A DNA stretch of 64,000 nucleotides from NCBI RefSeq assembly GCF_009914755.1, contig NC_060926.1, one strand, 5' to 3'. Under the pieces are notes generated by a model. That model was not told the origin of the DNA. It did not search any database and saw only the letters and a list, made by a program, of their open reading frames with translations. Positions within the stretch are counted from its first letter, which is position 1. The number at the start of each line of letters is the position of its first letter. The DNA comes from the human T2T-CHM13v2.0 reference genome, Homo sapiens. The position numbers and the translations under genes were made by a program. Of this stretch, positions 28,705-43,399 are shown piece after piece.

Positions 28705-29030
28705 CTACATTGGTGTCCCCAATTCAAGTATCCACAGGGCTCAGCAAGCTGGGTGACTCAGTGAGATGCACCAAGGAAAGCTCAGAACCAGCTGGAGGCC
28801 ACATTCCATCCAGATGGAACAGCAGCTGCTCAGTGGTCGCTATTTGAAAATTCAAGCCCTCCGTGATCTGACGTTTTTCAAAAGAATTAAGAAGTCCAGA
28901 TTTTCTTATAAATTCCTCTAATTTTCGAACCCTGGAAATGAATTTGTAAAGATTTTATATATTGAAGGAGCCGAAGGAAATATTTCTGCAAGCTAAAGCC
29001 AAACCTCAGGCCCACAGTTTGTCAACCTAA
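28705..29030. mobile_element. MER102-like hAT-Charlie relic
   Basis: aattcaagtatccacagggctcagc...agaagtccagatttt...cccacagtttgtcaacct. Confidence 0.5.
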
Positions 29031-29359
29031 AGGAGTTCAAGTATTGAAGCACCCTGGACAATGGAATGCTTCTTTACAAAGGAGCTAAAGCTGTCTTCTT
29101 CCTTCACTTGGAAACTCCCAGGGCACTGGCATCTTAAATGCTACAAGAAGTCTTGCACTAAGTAATCAGCCTGACTTTGTTTCATCTAAGGCTTCCCCAA
29201 ATTATTTAAAGACTGAAACTTCTGTGGCAAGACTTATGAGCAACACACTGAATTCATGGGACACACTTTGGGAAACAGCAAACCTCTATTATTCACATGG
29301 CTGTAAAGTTCTATGCTTTTATTCCTAGGGTACCCTTGGATCTGAAATAGGGGAAGATA

Positions 29360-29600
29360 TTAGTATTTATCTGACTCCCAAAGATGTGCCGGATACTAAG
29401 CTACGCTCTTTGTAGTCCATATCTCAATTAACATTCACGGCAACCAGGAGCTAAGTGTTATAATATTATCCTTATTTTTAAGTTGAGAAAATACAAACAC
29501 AAAATACATATCAGAGGCTCTGAAATAACTCCTAATAAGTGAAGCAGCCAAGATTTGTAACTATGGGTGCCTAATTTAAAAACCCATGGTCTTTCCACTG
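29360..29600 (-). mobile_element. MIR
   Basis: ttattttaagttgagaaaatac...aagatttgtaact; diverged core. Confidence 0.55.
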
Positions 29601-31149
29601 TTTAACAGTCTGAATGGGTTACAAGTGGTCTGACTTGTAATCTAAAGAAATATTCTCATTATCCCCATTTCCCCCAAACTGCTCACCCCTGTGGCTTTAG
29701 ATCTGCTTTTATGATCCCTCAAAGTGTCCAAGCTCTTCCTCTAAAGGGCATTGTTTTTCCAACTGAGTCAGATAATCCACCAAAGCATTCAACACCTGAG
29801 CAGGGTGAGCATGTGATGTCTTGGCTCCAAGTAATAATGTATTAGTATCCAACCACTGCATTCCATATCTTATAGATAATTATGGTGGAGCATTCATGTG
29901 CCAGGGACAGTGCTAACTGCTCGTGTGACTTCCTCTAGCCTACCATTTCTCTCTCTTTCTTTGTGTGCACATCCTTTGCCCCTCCGACTCTCCTGTCCCC
30001 TCTTCCTGGCTTTCCTGTCCACGTGATGTCCCTCACTTCAATGTATTTCATTTCTTTCCTTCACCCTCAAAATAGAGTTAGAAGCAGAAGTACAGTAGTT
30101 TACTTGCTGTCTCAGGATAACCACACGTACAGATTGACAGGGGATTCTCGGTTTATGCCTGCTGTTCCAGTTTAATTTACAATGCATTCATCACCTCGAC
30201 AGAGCCCCAGACTGGACAATATGCCACATCGTTTCCTTACCTATTTATTGAACAAAGTCTTATATTCCTTACCCTTGACCTTAAAGGAGGTTGAGTTGAA
30301 TGTCTCAAATTTTCCTCCTTGAGGGGCAAAATGTTTTTAAACTACTAGGTTAAAGTCATTTTGTGAATGTTTCTCATTAGCTTTTTACTGAGGGTCAGTT
30401 GCCACTAGTGAAGTTATTCCATCCTGTCTAGTTTTCAGTTGCCATATTCCTGAGAAAAACAATTGCCTCACAAGGAATCCAGACCCTACGTCTGCTACAC
30501 ACATTACTTTAATCCACAAACTAGAATCAAGACCCACTAATGGTTTTGCATGATGGATTTGCTCTTTGCTTTCTGTCACGGGAGGAAAAATAACAAGAAG
30601 GCAGCCCAGCCAGTCATAGGGGCCACATCCCAGAAATTTACCCTTTCAACAGCAATATCTCCTGAGTCTACTGGCCATGGAGGCTGGAGCCAGGCACTGT
30701 GATACAGGGCTGGAAAAGGTCTCAGAGGACTGAGCCAGATGGGAGAGTCAGCTGGAACACCAACATGCTAGAAACAGGAGAAAAATGCATGAACTAGGAG
30801 CATGAACGAGAAACAGGGCCATCCAGAATGAGGAAGAATCAACAAGGCAACGTGAACTTTCCACCCTTTGGTCTGGATTTGTTCTCTTGCTCAACCACTA
30901 GTTTGACTAAGATCCCTAGGCAAACTGAGATGGATGAAAAATGTCATTTCAAGAACTAAATGAAGAAATGTTTTAAAAGAAGAGAACGCCAAGAAAAATT
31001 ATAGAGTTCATTATTTATATTCTGGGTTAGAATTTTTATTTCCAGTAAAAAGGAAATGAAAAATTCTCAGGAGTGAGAACAGAAACAGTGTATTGTTTAG
31101 TTCTCCCAACATCTAGCACTATGCCTGGCAAATAATGAGGATTTCACAT

Positions 31150-32315
<1,166 letters not shown>

Positions 32316-32318
32316 AGT

Positions 32319-32659
32319 CGCTATGGTCTAGACTCATATGTTAGAATCCTAATGCCCAAGGTAATGGTATGAGGAGATGAAACCTTTGGGGAGGTCATAG
32401 GAGTGTAGCCTTCATGAATGGGATTAGTGCCCTTACAAAATAGGCCTAAGAGAGCTCATCCAGCCCTTACCTTATGTGAGGACACAGCGTGAAGGCACCA
32501 TTTCTATGAATCAGAAACAGGCCTTCCCCAGACACTGAATCTGCTGGCATCTTTATCTTGGACTTACAGCTTTAAGAACCATGAGAAACTAATGTCTGTA
32601 GTTTCTAAGCTACTCAGTCTAAGGAATTTGTTACAGCAGCCCCCAAGCAGACTAAGACA
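32319..32659 (+). mobile_element. MLT1A/A0 solo LTR
   Basis: gctatggtct start, catgaatgggattagtgccctta, gtgaggacacag, gactaagaca end. Confidence 0.85.
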
Positions 32660-32699
32660 CTAGTGAACTATCTTCTCTGCACCTTTGTCAAAATAATAT

Positions 32700-33380
32700 A
32701 TATTTCTGATCAAAAAGCATAACTCTCAATAAAAGCCCTCATTGACAGCTGCTGAAATTTAAAACATGTATACTCTGACTCAGCCATATCAATTTTGGCA
32801 GTTCAGCCTAAAGAAATACAGGCACCAGTAGGTCAGGATATACACAAAAATTTATAGCAGTATTATTTATAGGGAAAAAAAACAGAACATGAACACAACC
32901 TAAATACTCCCTCAAGAGGGAATGGGGGAATGAGTAAATAAATTATAGTCCAGCTTCACCACAAAATTCTACACAGGTGCTAAAAGGAATGAGTTGGGTC
33001 TACATATATTGACCAGAAAAGATACCCACAAAACACAGTAAAGTAGAATTTTTTAAAAAGTTGCATATATATATATATGTATATATGTATATATATGTGC
33101 ATGTGTGTGTGTGTATATATATACATATATATAATTGAAATTCATGAGAAAAATTAAACATGTGTTTACACATATGTATACACTTGCAAAAGCCTGGGGA
33201 AAGTATGTGGAAAAATAACCACTAGATAGAAGGAAACCATGGGTTTCCTTCATGGGTAGAATTGGGAATTGGAAAAGGCACAAAATTACTAACTTCTTTA
33301 CATACTTCTAAACTGACTGATTTGCTACCCTAAGCAGACATTATTTTGTAATTTTTTACAATCAAGAAAGTAGTAGACAT
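32700..33380 (+). mobile_element. L1ME-like 3' fragment with TA/TG repeat
   Basis: ctctgactcagccat...aacaacctaaatactcc-type motifs. Confidence 0.6.
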
Positions 33381-33502
33381 GACATGGAGCAGATGTAGAG
33401 AAAATTCTGATTGCCATTTTTTTTTTTTTTTTTTTTTGGTGGCTGGTCAAGTAGGGATAAATATCTTGGTGACTGGTAGATACCCAAAAGAAAATTCCAC
33501 AC

Positions 33503-33912
33503 TATTATAGATTAAATTGTGTCCCTCTAAAATGTACATGTTGAAATCCTAACCCGTAGTACCTCGACATGTGACTTTATTTGGTCAGTAAGGTGGGCTC
33601 AACCACTAACCCAATATGACTGGTTTTCTTATAAACAGGGGAAATCTTGACATAGAGACACACACACAGGAAGAATATCACATGAATACTGGAGTGATGA
33701 TGCCACAAGCTAAGGAATGCCAAAGGTTGCCAGTAAACTACCAGCAGCTAGGAGAAAGCCAGGAGCTGTGTCTCCCTCACAGCCCTCAGGACAAATTAAC
33801 CCTGCCAGCATCTGATTTCAGACTTCCAGTCTCCAGAACTGCAGGACAACCCACAGTACCAGTACCACCCGGTTTGTGGTACTTTGCTATTGCAGCCCTA
33901 GGAACAAATACA
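33503..33912 (+). mobile_element. MLT1B/C solo LTR
   Basis: aattgtgtccc...gccacaagctaaggaatgcc...ttgcagccctaggaacaaataca. Confidence 0.8.
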
Positions 33913-35201
33913 TTAAGCTACCAAGATTTTATGTCCAAAAGCAAAATAGCTACCACCAGGACCAGGCCCCATAGCCTCCAGCTCACTTACTAGGAAACAA
34001 CCTCAGAAGACTTGGAAAGGAAACAGCAGTTGCCACTGCCCACATTACAGGTGGCTTGTACAGCAGGATTCCGCTCTCACCTGAGGAAAAGTAGGCCCAT
34101 TCCTGACGTGAAACCATCAAAGCATGCAGTGGGTGAATCTGTGAATTTATTCTCAGACCCACAACTATAAAGCAACTCTGAGGAAAGGTTTGTCATGAAA
34201 GGATTAGGATGGATCTAACAATTATGCAGCTCCTTTCCCCTGGTAACTGTCCATTCCCCTCCTGCTCCCATGGACACAGGGGATATTCCTTCTAGAGAAG
34301 AGAATGAAAAGCAAAACAGCATTTTAAGACCAGAATGACTCTTCACTCTCAGAAAGAGACACTGACAGAGCAGTTCTGCAGTTGGACAGGCTCCCTGCCT
34401 TCGTCTCAGAGGGACTGGAAACATTTGTGCCTTCCTGGCTGTATCAAAAAAAGACAAGCTTGCCCAAGAAAATAAGTATTATGACATGGCTGACTTTTTT
34501 TTTTTTGTCTTCAAAGTGAGTTCCAGAATAAGAACAGGCTCTTCACTAAAATAATTTATACAGTTATCAAGTAAAAAACAAAACAAAACACCAAACCAGG
34601 TACAAATAATCAACCTGACATACCATGAGGCTCACCTGGAGGTCAATTTAAATATACTTCTTTGTCAGCTTACAGGTTTTCCTAGTCAGGAAGAGGCAAA
34701 TCACAGAGGCTGCTACCCAGAGAGCCTACAGGGACTCTGACAACCTAGTTTGTTTTGAGGATAAAATCCTTAATACTAGTCTTCCCTTGGTCTCAGCCTG
34801 TCTGGAAAAGTTTCACTGAGGTCCACCTCAAAGTAACTGTGTTTCACATTCCAGCCCATAAGTTTCATCTCCAAAGCGAACCATCTTCAGGCCTGAAGCT
34901 CATGTACCATATTTTCCAGAGGACCTTCCCTGAGCAACACAGCACATGTTACACTCAAGGTTTGCTGCCTTTTCCTAGGATGTTGTCCACCAGAAGGAAA
35001 TAAAGGAGAAAGAAGCAATAGCTTAGTTGTTTGCTGTTTTCATTTTTTTTTTAATCCACAGTAGATAAACTCACACTCGGTATTAAAAAAAGGATTCCTT
35101 ATAGACACATGCATTGTGTCGCAGTATGTGAAAGTTGGGGATACCTACATCACAGAAGTAGAGTGACCAAACATAGTCAAGAGGCTATATGGTTTCACTG
35201 G

Positions 35202-35660
35202 TGTAGTAGCTACCTAGGGCTGTTGTAACAAATAACCATAAACTGGGTAGCTTAAAACAACAGAAATTTAATCTCTCACCATTTCGGAGGCTGGAAGTCC
35301 AAAATGTAAAGGTTGGCAGGGCCACACACCATCCAAAAGCTCTGGAGAAGAACATGTCCTCGACTCTTCTAACATCAGGTGGTTGCCAGCAATCCTTGGC
35401 ATTCCTTGGCTTATGATGCCATAACTCCGGTTTCTGCCTTGATCTTCACAATGGCCTTCTCTGTGCCGCTTCTGTGTCTGCAAATCTCTCCTTATAAGGA
35501 CATTAGTCATTGGCTCTAGGGTTCACCCTAATTCAATATGACCTCATCTTAACTTGCTTACATCTGCACAAACCTTATTTCCAAATAAAGCTACATTCAC
35601 AGGTACCAGGGGTTAAGACTTCAACACATCTTTTAGGGGAACACAATTCAACCTTCAACA
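35202..35660 (-). mobile_element. MLT1C-like solo LTR, exonised
   Basis: gggctgttgtaacaaataaccataaactgggtagcttaaaacaacagaaattta...ggggaacacaattcaaccttcaaca. Sense to PID1. Confidence 0.88.
35280..35402 (-). CDS. PID1: PID1 alternative N-terminal coding segment (MPRIAGNHLMLEESRTCSSPELLDGVWPCQPLHFGLPASEM, 41 aa) within an MLT1 LTR
   Basis: ATG at 35402, open frame to ATG|GTGAGA donor (GT at 35279-35278), phase 0 like exon 1. Matches a recalled alternative PID1 isoform N-terminus. The 5' boundary of the exon is not determined. Confidence 0.75.
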
Positions 35661-35714
35661 ATGAATAACATATGGAGGCTTGGGTTTGAATCTGAATTTT
35701 GGTCCCTTAGTAGC

Positions 35715-36220
35715 TGTGTTGGTTAGGAATGTCAAAGATACATGTAACAGAAGTCCCAATTCACATATGGGCATAAACAAATGAAAGGGGGTCACATTTT
35801 TCTCATATAACTTTTGTTAGGAGGTAGGTTCAGGTGCTGCTTACTGATCCAAGTCCTTCCATCTTATCATGCTAGCCTTCTTAGTGGACTGGTTTTAAGG
35901 CTTGTCATGTATTGCTGCAGAATCACAATATGGCTGCTGCAATGCTAGACATCACATCTATGCTCAGGACAGCAAGAAGACAGAAAAGGAGGAAAAGGCT
36001 ATTTCCCCAAGAAGCTTTATTTGTTATTCATGAAGGTAAAGTATCTTTAGTAGATATCCTCTCATATCCCAATGGTTAAAAACTGGTCTCTGACAATCCT
36101 TGGACCAGTATGAGATTATTATCATGGCTGGGCTAGAACACCCACCCTCAGGCCAAGGTATGACCATCTGCTGCCTGAACAAGCTGGGGCTTCATCTGCA
36201 GAGAAAAAGGTGAGATGGAA
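35715..36220 (-). mobile_element. Old MLT1 (K/L-like) LTR
   Basis: tgtgttggttagga...atggctgctgcaatgctagacatcacatct. Confidence 0.55.
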
Positions 36221-37559
36221 GATGTGTAGTTAATGAACTCAAGCAAAAGTTATCTGTAGTCTCTGGAGAATTGTTACATCATCCAGAAAAATGAGACAAC
36301 AAAATCTCTGTCCCTTAGAATTTTCTCAAGGATTAAATATGCTTTTCATATAAAACAAAATGTCTGCTCCATGACACAAGAGGCACAGTGCTTAGGAGTG
36401 CAGACCCTACAACCAGTCTGCTGGCTATGAACCCCAGCTCTACTGCCAAAGGCTGTTGGGAGGACAGGTCAGTGCTGGGAACACAGTAAATACTAAGAAA
36501 AAGGTGGCTGCTATTGTTATTATTACTGACACTACTACTAAATAAGCCTGCAATGAATGGTAGCTGACATTTCTTGATTTTCTCCATACTTGGAAATGAG
36601 TATGGCTGGAAAAGTAAAAATCACCAATAAAACCCAATTAAATGAGAGTCTGCTAGCAGCACTGCTGGAGTGGAAGGAAATGTTGCTTCTGGGACCCTGA
36701 CCACAGCACCCCTTCTCTGTGCCCTGTTTGAGAATACTTGCCACGCTATATAACCTTCTAGCTGTGGATAGTTGGGAGCAAACATGCATTTGATGGCTTC
36801 TAGAACGGCTTCACTTATCTAAAATTTCTTTTGGAGGAGTGGACTCTCAACTCAGTAGTATACATGAAATTTCCCAATAGTCAACTTCAGCACGACTTCC
36901 CTTACTACATTTATAACATGAGAGAACTAACACTTCATCCTGACCTGGAGACCACCGCCTGGCAGAAACTAAAGGAGATATAAGAGGTATGTCAACTCAG
37001 ACCATTTTCAGGATAGTCACACCCAGGCCTCTCTAAAACAGGGACCCAAGTGATCAAGGGCCACAAGGTATGTGGCCCCCAAGTCCCAGCCCAGCTCACC
37101 CATACCCTAACACCCACTATCATATATGAACCTCCATCATCTTCACCCCCAACTGTAAAGACAATTGCATTCTGTGCGTCGCACTTTCCTATACATTGAG
37201 AATAAAAGGAGCTTCCCCAAGTGAGGAGACAGAGACAAGTGGACAGTGAGCAGGTCATTAACATACTGGTTCTGGCTTATAAAGCTGAGCTAGCTAGGGA
37301 TCTTCTTCATATGAACAGAAACACTGAAAGTTACAATCATACTAGGAAATATATATTAAGTCCAACTTTGAACAATAAGGAATAGGACCGTGAGTCCTCT
37401 AAGTTTACAACTATGCCCTTCTTCTCACCCTTCACCCACACCCAGCATAGTACTTGGGACGTAGTAGATGGACAAGAAAGATGGACAGAAGAGAAGACAG
37501 GAGCTTAGATCTAAACTCAACACTCCATTCCTACAGTGACCAACCATAACAACATTAAG

Positions 37560-37710
37560 AAGTGCTTCTGTTTATTGAGCACCTACTATACGCTACATAC
37601 CAAAATCTCTGCAAAGCACATCTCTCTATTTTACAGATAGGGAAAGCAAAGCTCAGAGAAGTTACAAAACTGAAACATTGCTAGTAAGCGATTGTGTCAA
37701 AATTATTTAT
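37560..37710 (-). mobile_element. MIR
   Basis: ttttacagatagggaaagcaaagctcagagaagttaca. Confidence 0.65.
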
Positions 37711-39199
37711 AAAGAGACAGATATGCTTTTTTTTCGTTATTTTTTTTTTACCCAAATGATTTCTTATTCAGGAAACAACCTGGCTAAGAAGGCCATTACT
37801 GGAGCCTCCCTTATCAAAGTAAGAACTCGGTTGAAACATAAGAGGGCAGAGGAATCCTGGGCCATCAGGCATGGGAAAGAAGACCTCAGCCAGATTATTG
37901 ATCCACGTGGCATCAGCATCAAGTGGAAGAGCATGTCAAGATGCTGGAAGCATTGAAATATGCCAGTCACAAAACAAGTCTGTGTCTTTTCCCTGACACC
38001 TTCCTTTTGCAGTCTTTGGCCTCAAGGGTTGGACCTGGTGAATACACTGATGCTTTATCACTGATTAGCAGCTAAATAGGGATCACAACTTTTTTTTTAA
38101 GTGAACACAAAATGACAGTAGACTAATTCCACTAGACTTTAAGGAGGTCTTTGGACAAACGACTCAACTATTTCTTCTTGCTCTACTTATATAAAGCCTC
38201 TGTTTAAATTTGTGTCCACAGGGCTGAAAGAAGCACACTGCAGTCATTGAGTGTTCTGGACTAGTTTTATTTCCTGACCACTAACAAGTCCCTGAACTGC
38301 TGCTATTCACAGAATAAAATACCTTGTAGAAGGCAGCCTGATCTCCAGTACCCTTGAAGCTGTAAGGCTGATTCTCCCAGAGTCTCCTCCAAGGCTAATT
38401 TTCATGGTAGAATGGGGTCAGTGTGGAGGGGTATTGGTATGGGAGGGACCTAATCTGGAACATCAAACAAAATGCAAAAGTTGCCTAACACTCCAAGATA
38501 ACTCAGTACAGTCAACACGAAACAGCCATTAGGCCATGGTTAAGCAAGGGGCACAGAGTTTGTTCCCAGGCTAGGATTTTGCAAATCGCTTGAAAGAGAT
38601 TTGCTGACAAACTTGGAGAAAGACTCAATGATGTAAGATAGCATTTTATTCCTGAGGGAGACTAAGGCCCCGGATTAATGACAACTCCTAGTTTTCTTTA
38701 TGAACAATAGGGCCCGATGTTTTGTGCTTACTCAACTACAATTGATGAAAACAACAACAAAATCTAGAATGGGTTTAGTGAGAAACCTGTGCCTCTGTAA
38801 TAATAGCTGTTGCTTTTTTCTAAGCAACCGCTCTGAAAATCTCCAACCTCCTCCCTCCTTCTCCCCATTTTTTTTTTTGTCTAAACTTGGAATGAATGTG
38901 TACACAATCCACCCTAATCACCGGCTTTCAAGGTCTCTAGTTTGGATAAATGCTATGTGCTTCAGCTGAAAAGCTCTTCAATGGCACTTGTGAATTTTAA
39001 CTTCAATAGGAGACAGCAGCTTATGTGCCACCAAAGATTTGAGCCACCAAAAACAGAGTAGCCTTTGGTCAACCCACTGCTTCAGCAAGAAATAGGACAG
39101 CAGCCTCTCTGAGCCCACAAAACAGTCATTGCTCTAACTGTATTTATTAATAACAACAGCACCAACATGTACATTGCACTGTGCCTGTCTTATCCTTCT

Positions 39200-39440
39200 G
39201 CACTATGGTGAAGTGCTTAAGAAGTAAGGATTGGAACCAAACTGTCTGGTTCAAACTCCAGCTCAGTTCATTTCTAGCTGCTCAACGCTGGCCAAATCAC
39301 TTCGACTCTCTGGCCTTCAGTTTCTCTCTAAAATGCGGATAAAAGTGGTTACAGGATGCAAATGAGCCAGATAGTTAAAATAAAGCTCCTCGGCACAGTG
39401 CCACACACAGTGCCTGCACCACAAAAGCAGGTTACTAGTA
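39200..39440 (+). mobile_element. MIR
   Basis: ggttcaaactccagctc...ctctggccttcagtttctctctaaaatg...ggcacagtgcc. Confidence 0.75.
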
Positions 39441-42400
39441 TCTTCCCATTCTTAATCCTTGCTCCTTTTGTCAATTTGGTCAGCCTGGAAAAGTATCAGA
39501 TTTGCCGGTTTTCACCCTGCCTGATGGGCCAGGGCTAATGGTCTCCAGTTGACGTTTTAGAGGGTTCTCCAGTCTCACTTCTCAGGGGAAAAGTGAAAGT
39601 GGCATCATCATAGAGAAGAAAAATCTAGAACGATCCACACTCCAAGTCAAGACAACATCTACCAGATAGGACAAGGCAGAGAAAGGGTGAGATAATCCTC
39701 AGAGGAGGACTTTGGCTCCTAAAATCCCCAAATAGTATTTAGCTGGAAACTTCAACCACTTCATCAACCAAAAGTTTCAGAAGAAACCAAAAGAAAGCTT
39801 TTTCAGGATCTGGGGTCCTCCCTACTCTTCACTGTGTTTCTCCCTCTTGTGGAAGTGCTAGTACACAGACATTGGCCACAACGAGGATGAAAAAGGAAGT
39901 AATGGATGGAACAGAAAAAATTGCCCAGGCTGCAAAACTCAAATCCAGCTTTGTGAATAAAAAGCTGTTTTTTCTGAATCTGCCATGGAGAAATGGTAAT
40001 CTCAGTGAAGACAGCTAGATGATTATATTGGAACCTTTATAGAATGCCTCATGAGAAGATGGTTACATGTAAACTTCACAATTAGAATCTGCTAGAACTC
40101 ATACGCCTATCACATTCCACTCTATCCTAGTAATAACTACACCAAAGACCTTTAAGGATGTGTTGACCTCCTTCGTTTCTAAGTCAGTCTTGATTCATCT
40201 TTCTCCTCCTATCAAGGCCTCCAGAAAATGCATCTGGTAGCTCAGTGAAGACATTTGCTCTGAGAAAATACTTGTTCCTATGGATGGGACACAGTCTTGC
40301 ATGGATGGGTTTGTTACTTCTGAGGGATCCACCCAGTACAATCATCAAGTCAATCCAGAAACTCATACAAATTTTAAAATTTCAAGGCCAGAGGTAATCT
40401 CATCTCTATTTCATAAAAACCAGTAGGGTTTTTATTTGTTCAGAAAAGTCTCCTTTACTTTTCTGAAAGGAGTCTGTTTCAAATCTGCTTCTTTAAAAAT
40501 GTATAACACTCCTCAATACCTCCAAGAAAAAAAAAAAGTCTGCTGTGCAGACGGGAAGGTGAAAAGAGAAGAATTCATATTTATTCACTGTAAAAAGTTG
40601 GGGTGGTAAATTAAATCTTCACATCCCTTTTGATCCTATTATATTTTTAATGGCAGAAGCTCCCAGCGAGGGCTCGAGTGGGATGCAATAGAAGTTTTAA
40701 CATTCAAGGGAGCAGATGAACTTGCCTCGGTTTGTGTGACTGAATGAGAAATTACCCAGCGCAGCTCTGCTCAGGGCAATAGGTCCCTTTGCCTGTGCTG
40801 GATTTGGGTCAAACAGCTAAACCTCAAATCAGAAAATATCAGCATCATTTTGTGGGGACACAGAAGTGTGGGTAACAATAATGATAATCAAACCTGATCA
40901 AAGATGCCATTTCCTGAGCAACGGAGCCAGTTGCTACACTCAAAAGTCCATTATTTAGAGGGTGACTGTTCTACGCAAAGATCTATCACACTCCCCTGGG
41001 ACACAGACTTCTCAAACCAGCTTCATCGAATATGAACTATATCATCAAGAAAGGGTCTGGTTATTTTCTTCCATCCCCTCTTTTGATTCTAGGTATTGAT
41101 AAAATAAATTGACTCCTTAGTCCTATTAGGAAGTTCTGGGAATGTTTCCTTGACGAATTTTCTTCACTCTGGCTCATCTAAATTAGAATGTTTGTATTAA
41201 AGATAAATGAGAAAAAAATTAATGAGGTCGAATGAGAAGGTTTATAAAGATTTGTGAAAGGCACATGGAGCTCAGACATCATTAAAGAGCAGAACTCATT
41301 CTCAAGTTTCCTATCCAGCATGATATCCACTGCTATCTCTGTGGCCACAGAGCCTGGGAGTGGCAAAGTGGCTTCTCACTGAGGAATCGGACAGGCATGT
41401 TTCTATATCACGGTGAAAGGAAAAGAAAAGGAAAAAACCCCAGACAGCAAACAGAGATTGTGACAAAGATAACCACAAGGAATGTAAATAAAATATGATA
41501 AGCAGCTCACTCACCATCTCATCCTCAACAGCTCTCTCAGAGGCAAAAGTAAAAACATATAAATTATGTGTTTTCAAGGAGAGTCAAGCAATACTCTTTG
41601 GGAAGAAGCCACGGATATAAAAAAATTTTTCCGCATTTGTCTCACTTCTCTAATCTCAAGGCTTGAGATGTATGTACTTTCAAAAGAGACTCATCGAAAT
41701 TTGGGCAGCATGAAGTTGAGCCCCCTGTTGGTAAGGACCTTCCAACAGTGACTCGGTCTTATTGGTGATAAGCCCTGTTTATATGAGCTTTCAAAAGCCT
41801 AAAAACAGGTTCTTTCAACATGACACCTTGAAATAAAATAAACGCATTGCAAACACCAACTGCAATAAACCAGGCTCACGCCAAAATGCACACGTGCACA
41901 TTTCACAAAATAAGGGGGAGACATTTCTAGTGAGGAGCAATCTCTATGGGAAGGCAAGCGAGAGCGCCCACCTGCCAAGGGTCACATGCTCCAGAGCGCA
42001 CAGGATTCCCTAAGTGAAACAGGCCGGTAGGAAGAACTTGAATAGTCAAAAATCTACAAACTCTTCAGAGGTACAGATCATCAGGCCATAAAAGCCACCT
42101 CAAGGAATTTTGGTCACATCTCTCTAAGGACTTCCAAAAGCTACCCTCTGCACTTGAACAGGAAACCTGCCAGCTCCCCTCAATCATTCTGCTCCTTTGG
42201 AATAGAAGTTACGCCTTTAACCGAAGGAGAACTTCAAATGCGCCACTGGTATCTGGTGCCACTGCCAAAATATATTTACATCACCTTCTATCAGTCATTC
42301 AGAGCCCAGTGCTGATATTCTCTTAGTAAGACAAGGAGGGGGTTAGGAGGTTGGTCATCCACCTCCTCATCTGCAAGGCTAAATGCAGGTTTTCTTGTTT

Positions 42401-43399
42401 ATTCTACTTGAGACCCTGGGGAACTGGTCTGGTGTCTCAGGCTCTGATAAATTGAACACACTCCCCGCAAATCATGGCCCAGGGAGCTTTGGAAAGGAGC
42501 TGTGGGGCATCTGTTTCTGCTAAATGCAATGCCCTCTGCGGGTTGTTCCTCTGTATGAGGACTCCTAGACAAAGGTTAGCCTCTCCCTGCATCTGAGAAA
42601 CTGTGCTTGGGGCTGTAAATGTTCATTGAGAAGCCTCCAACCTAGCCAGGGCCTGGCCTCATTGTCCTAAGTCTTCAGATGCACTCAGCCTCCAATGGTG
42701 CTGTATTTTACCAGTTAAACACGTCTTCAAAGTTTACTACGAAACAATGTGGCTCCTAGCTTGCCAAAAGTTTAACTGCAGGATTCAGTGGATTTTATCT
42801 GGCAGAGTAGCTGCCGTGACTCTTGACAATATTTGCCAGCAAAAGGCAGTCCTCAAACCTTGCAACCAGGGCAATCCCAAGGCCCAACGTGTCACTGAAG
42901 GAGTTCTTCTGGGAAAGGTCCCTCTTTCTCTTCAATCGCCTCCCGCAAATCCCCAGCTTCCAGAATCCAATTCAAGGCAGTCTGGCATTTCAGGAGACAG
43001 CAGTAAAAAACTTTTGATGGGATAACCCAGGACATAAATATTCCTGGCTGAACCTACTTTTGATTCTTAAATATCTGAAGGAGCTTGGGTTTAAGGAAGA
43101 TAAAGGGAGAGAACCAATGAATAGGGAAAAATAAAATAAGTAGCATACCATGACCAAGCCAAACCAAGCTTGATATTTCCACATTATATTGGCAAATGGA
43201 TGCTTTCACATATCACTTGTTCTGTCTTTCCTGGTGACCACAAAAAAAAAAAAAAAAAAAAATCTGGCTTCAAAAATCCTAACCCCAGACCACTGCATTG
43301 TGTCAGTGGAATGCAATCTAAATTGCCAGTCAGAAAGTCCAACCTTATATGTACCAACCAACACGCACACAAGCACCTCCAAGCCAAAAGTTGTAACGC

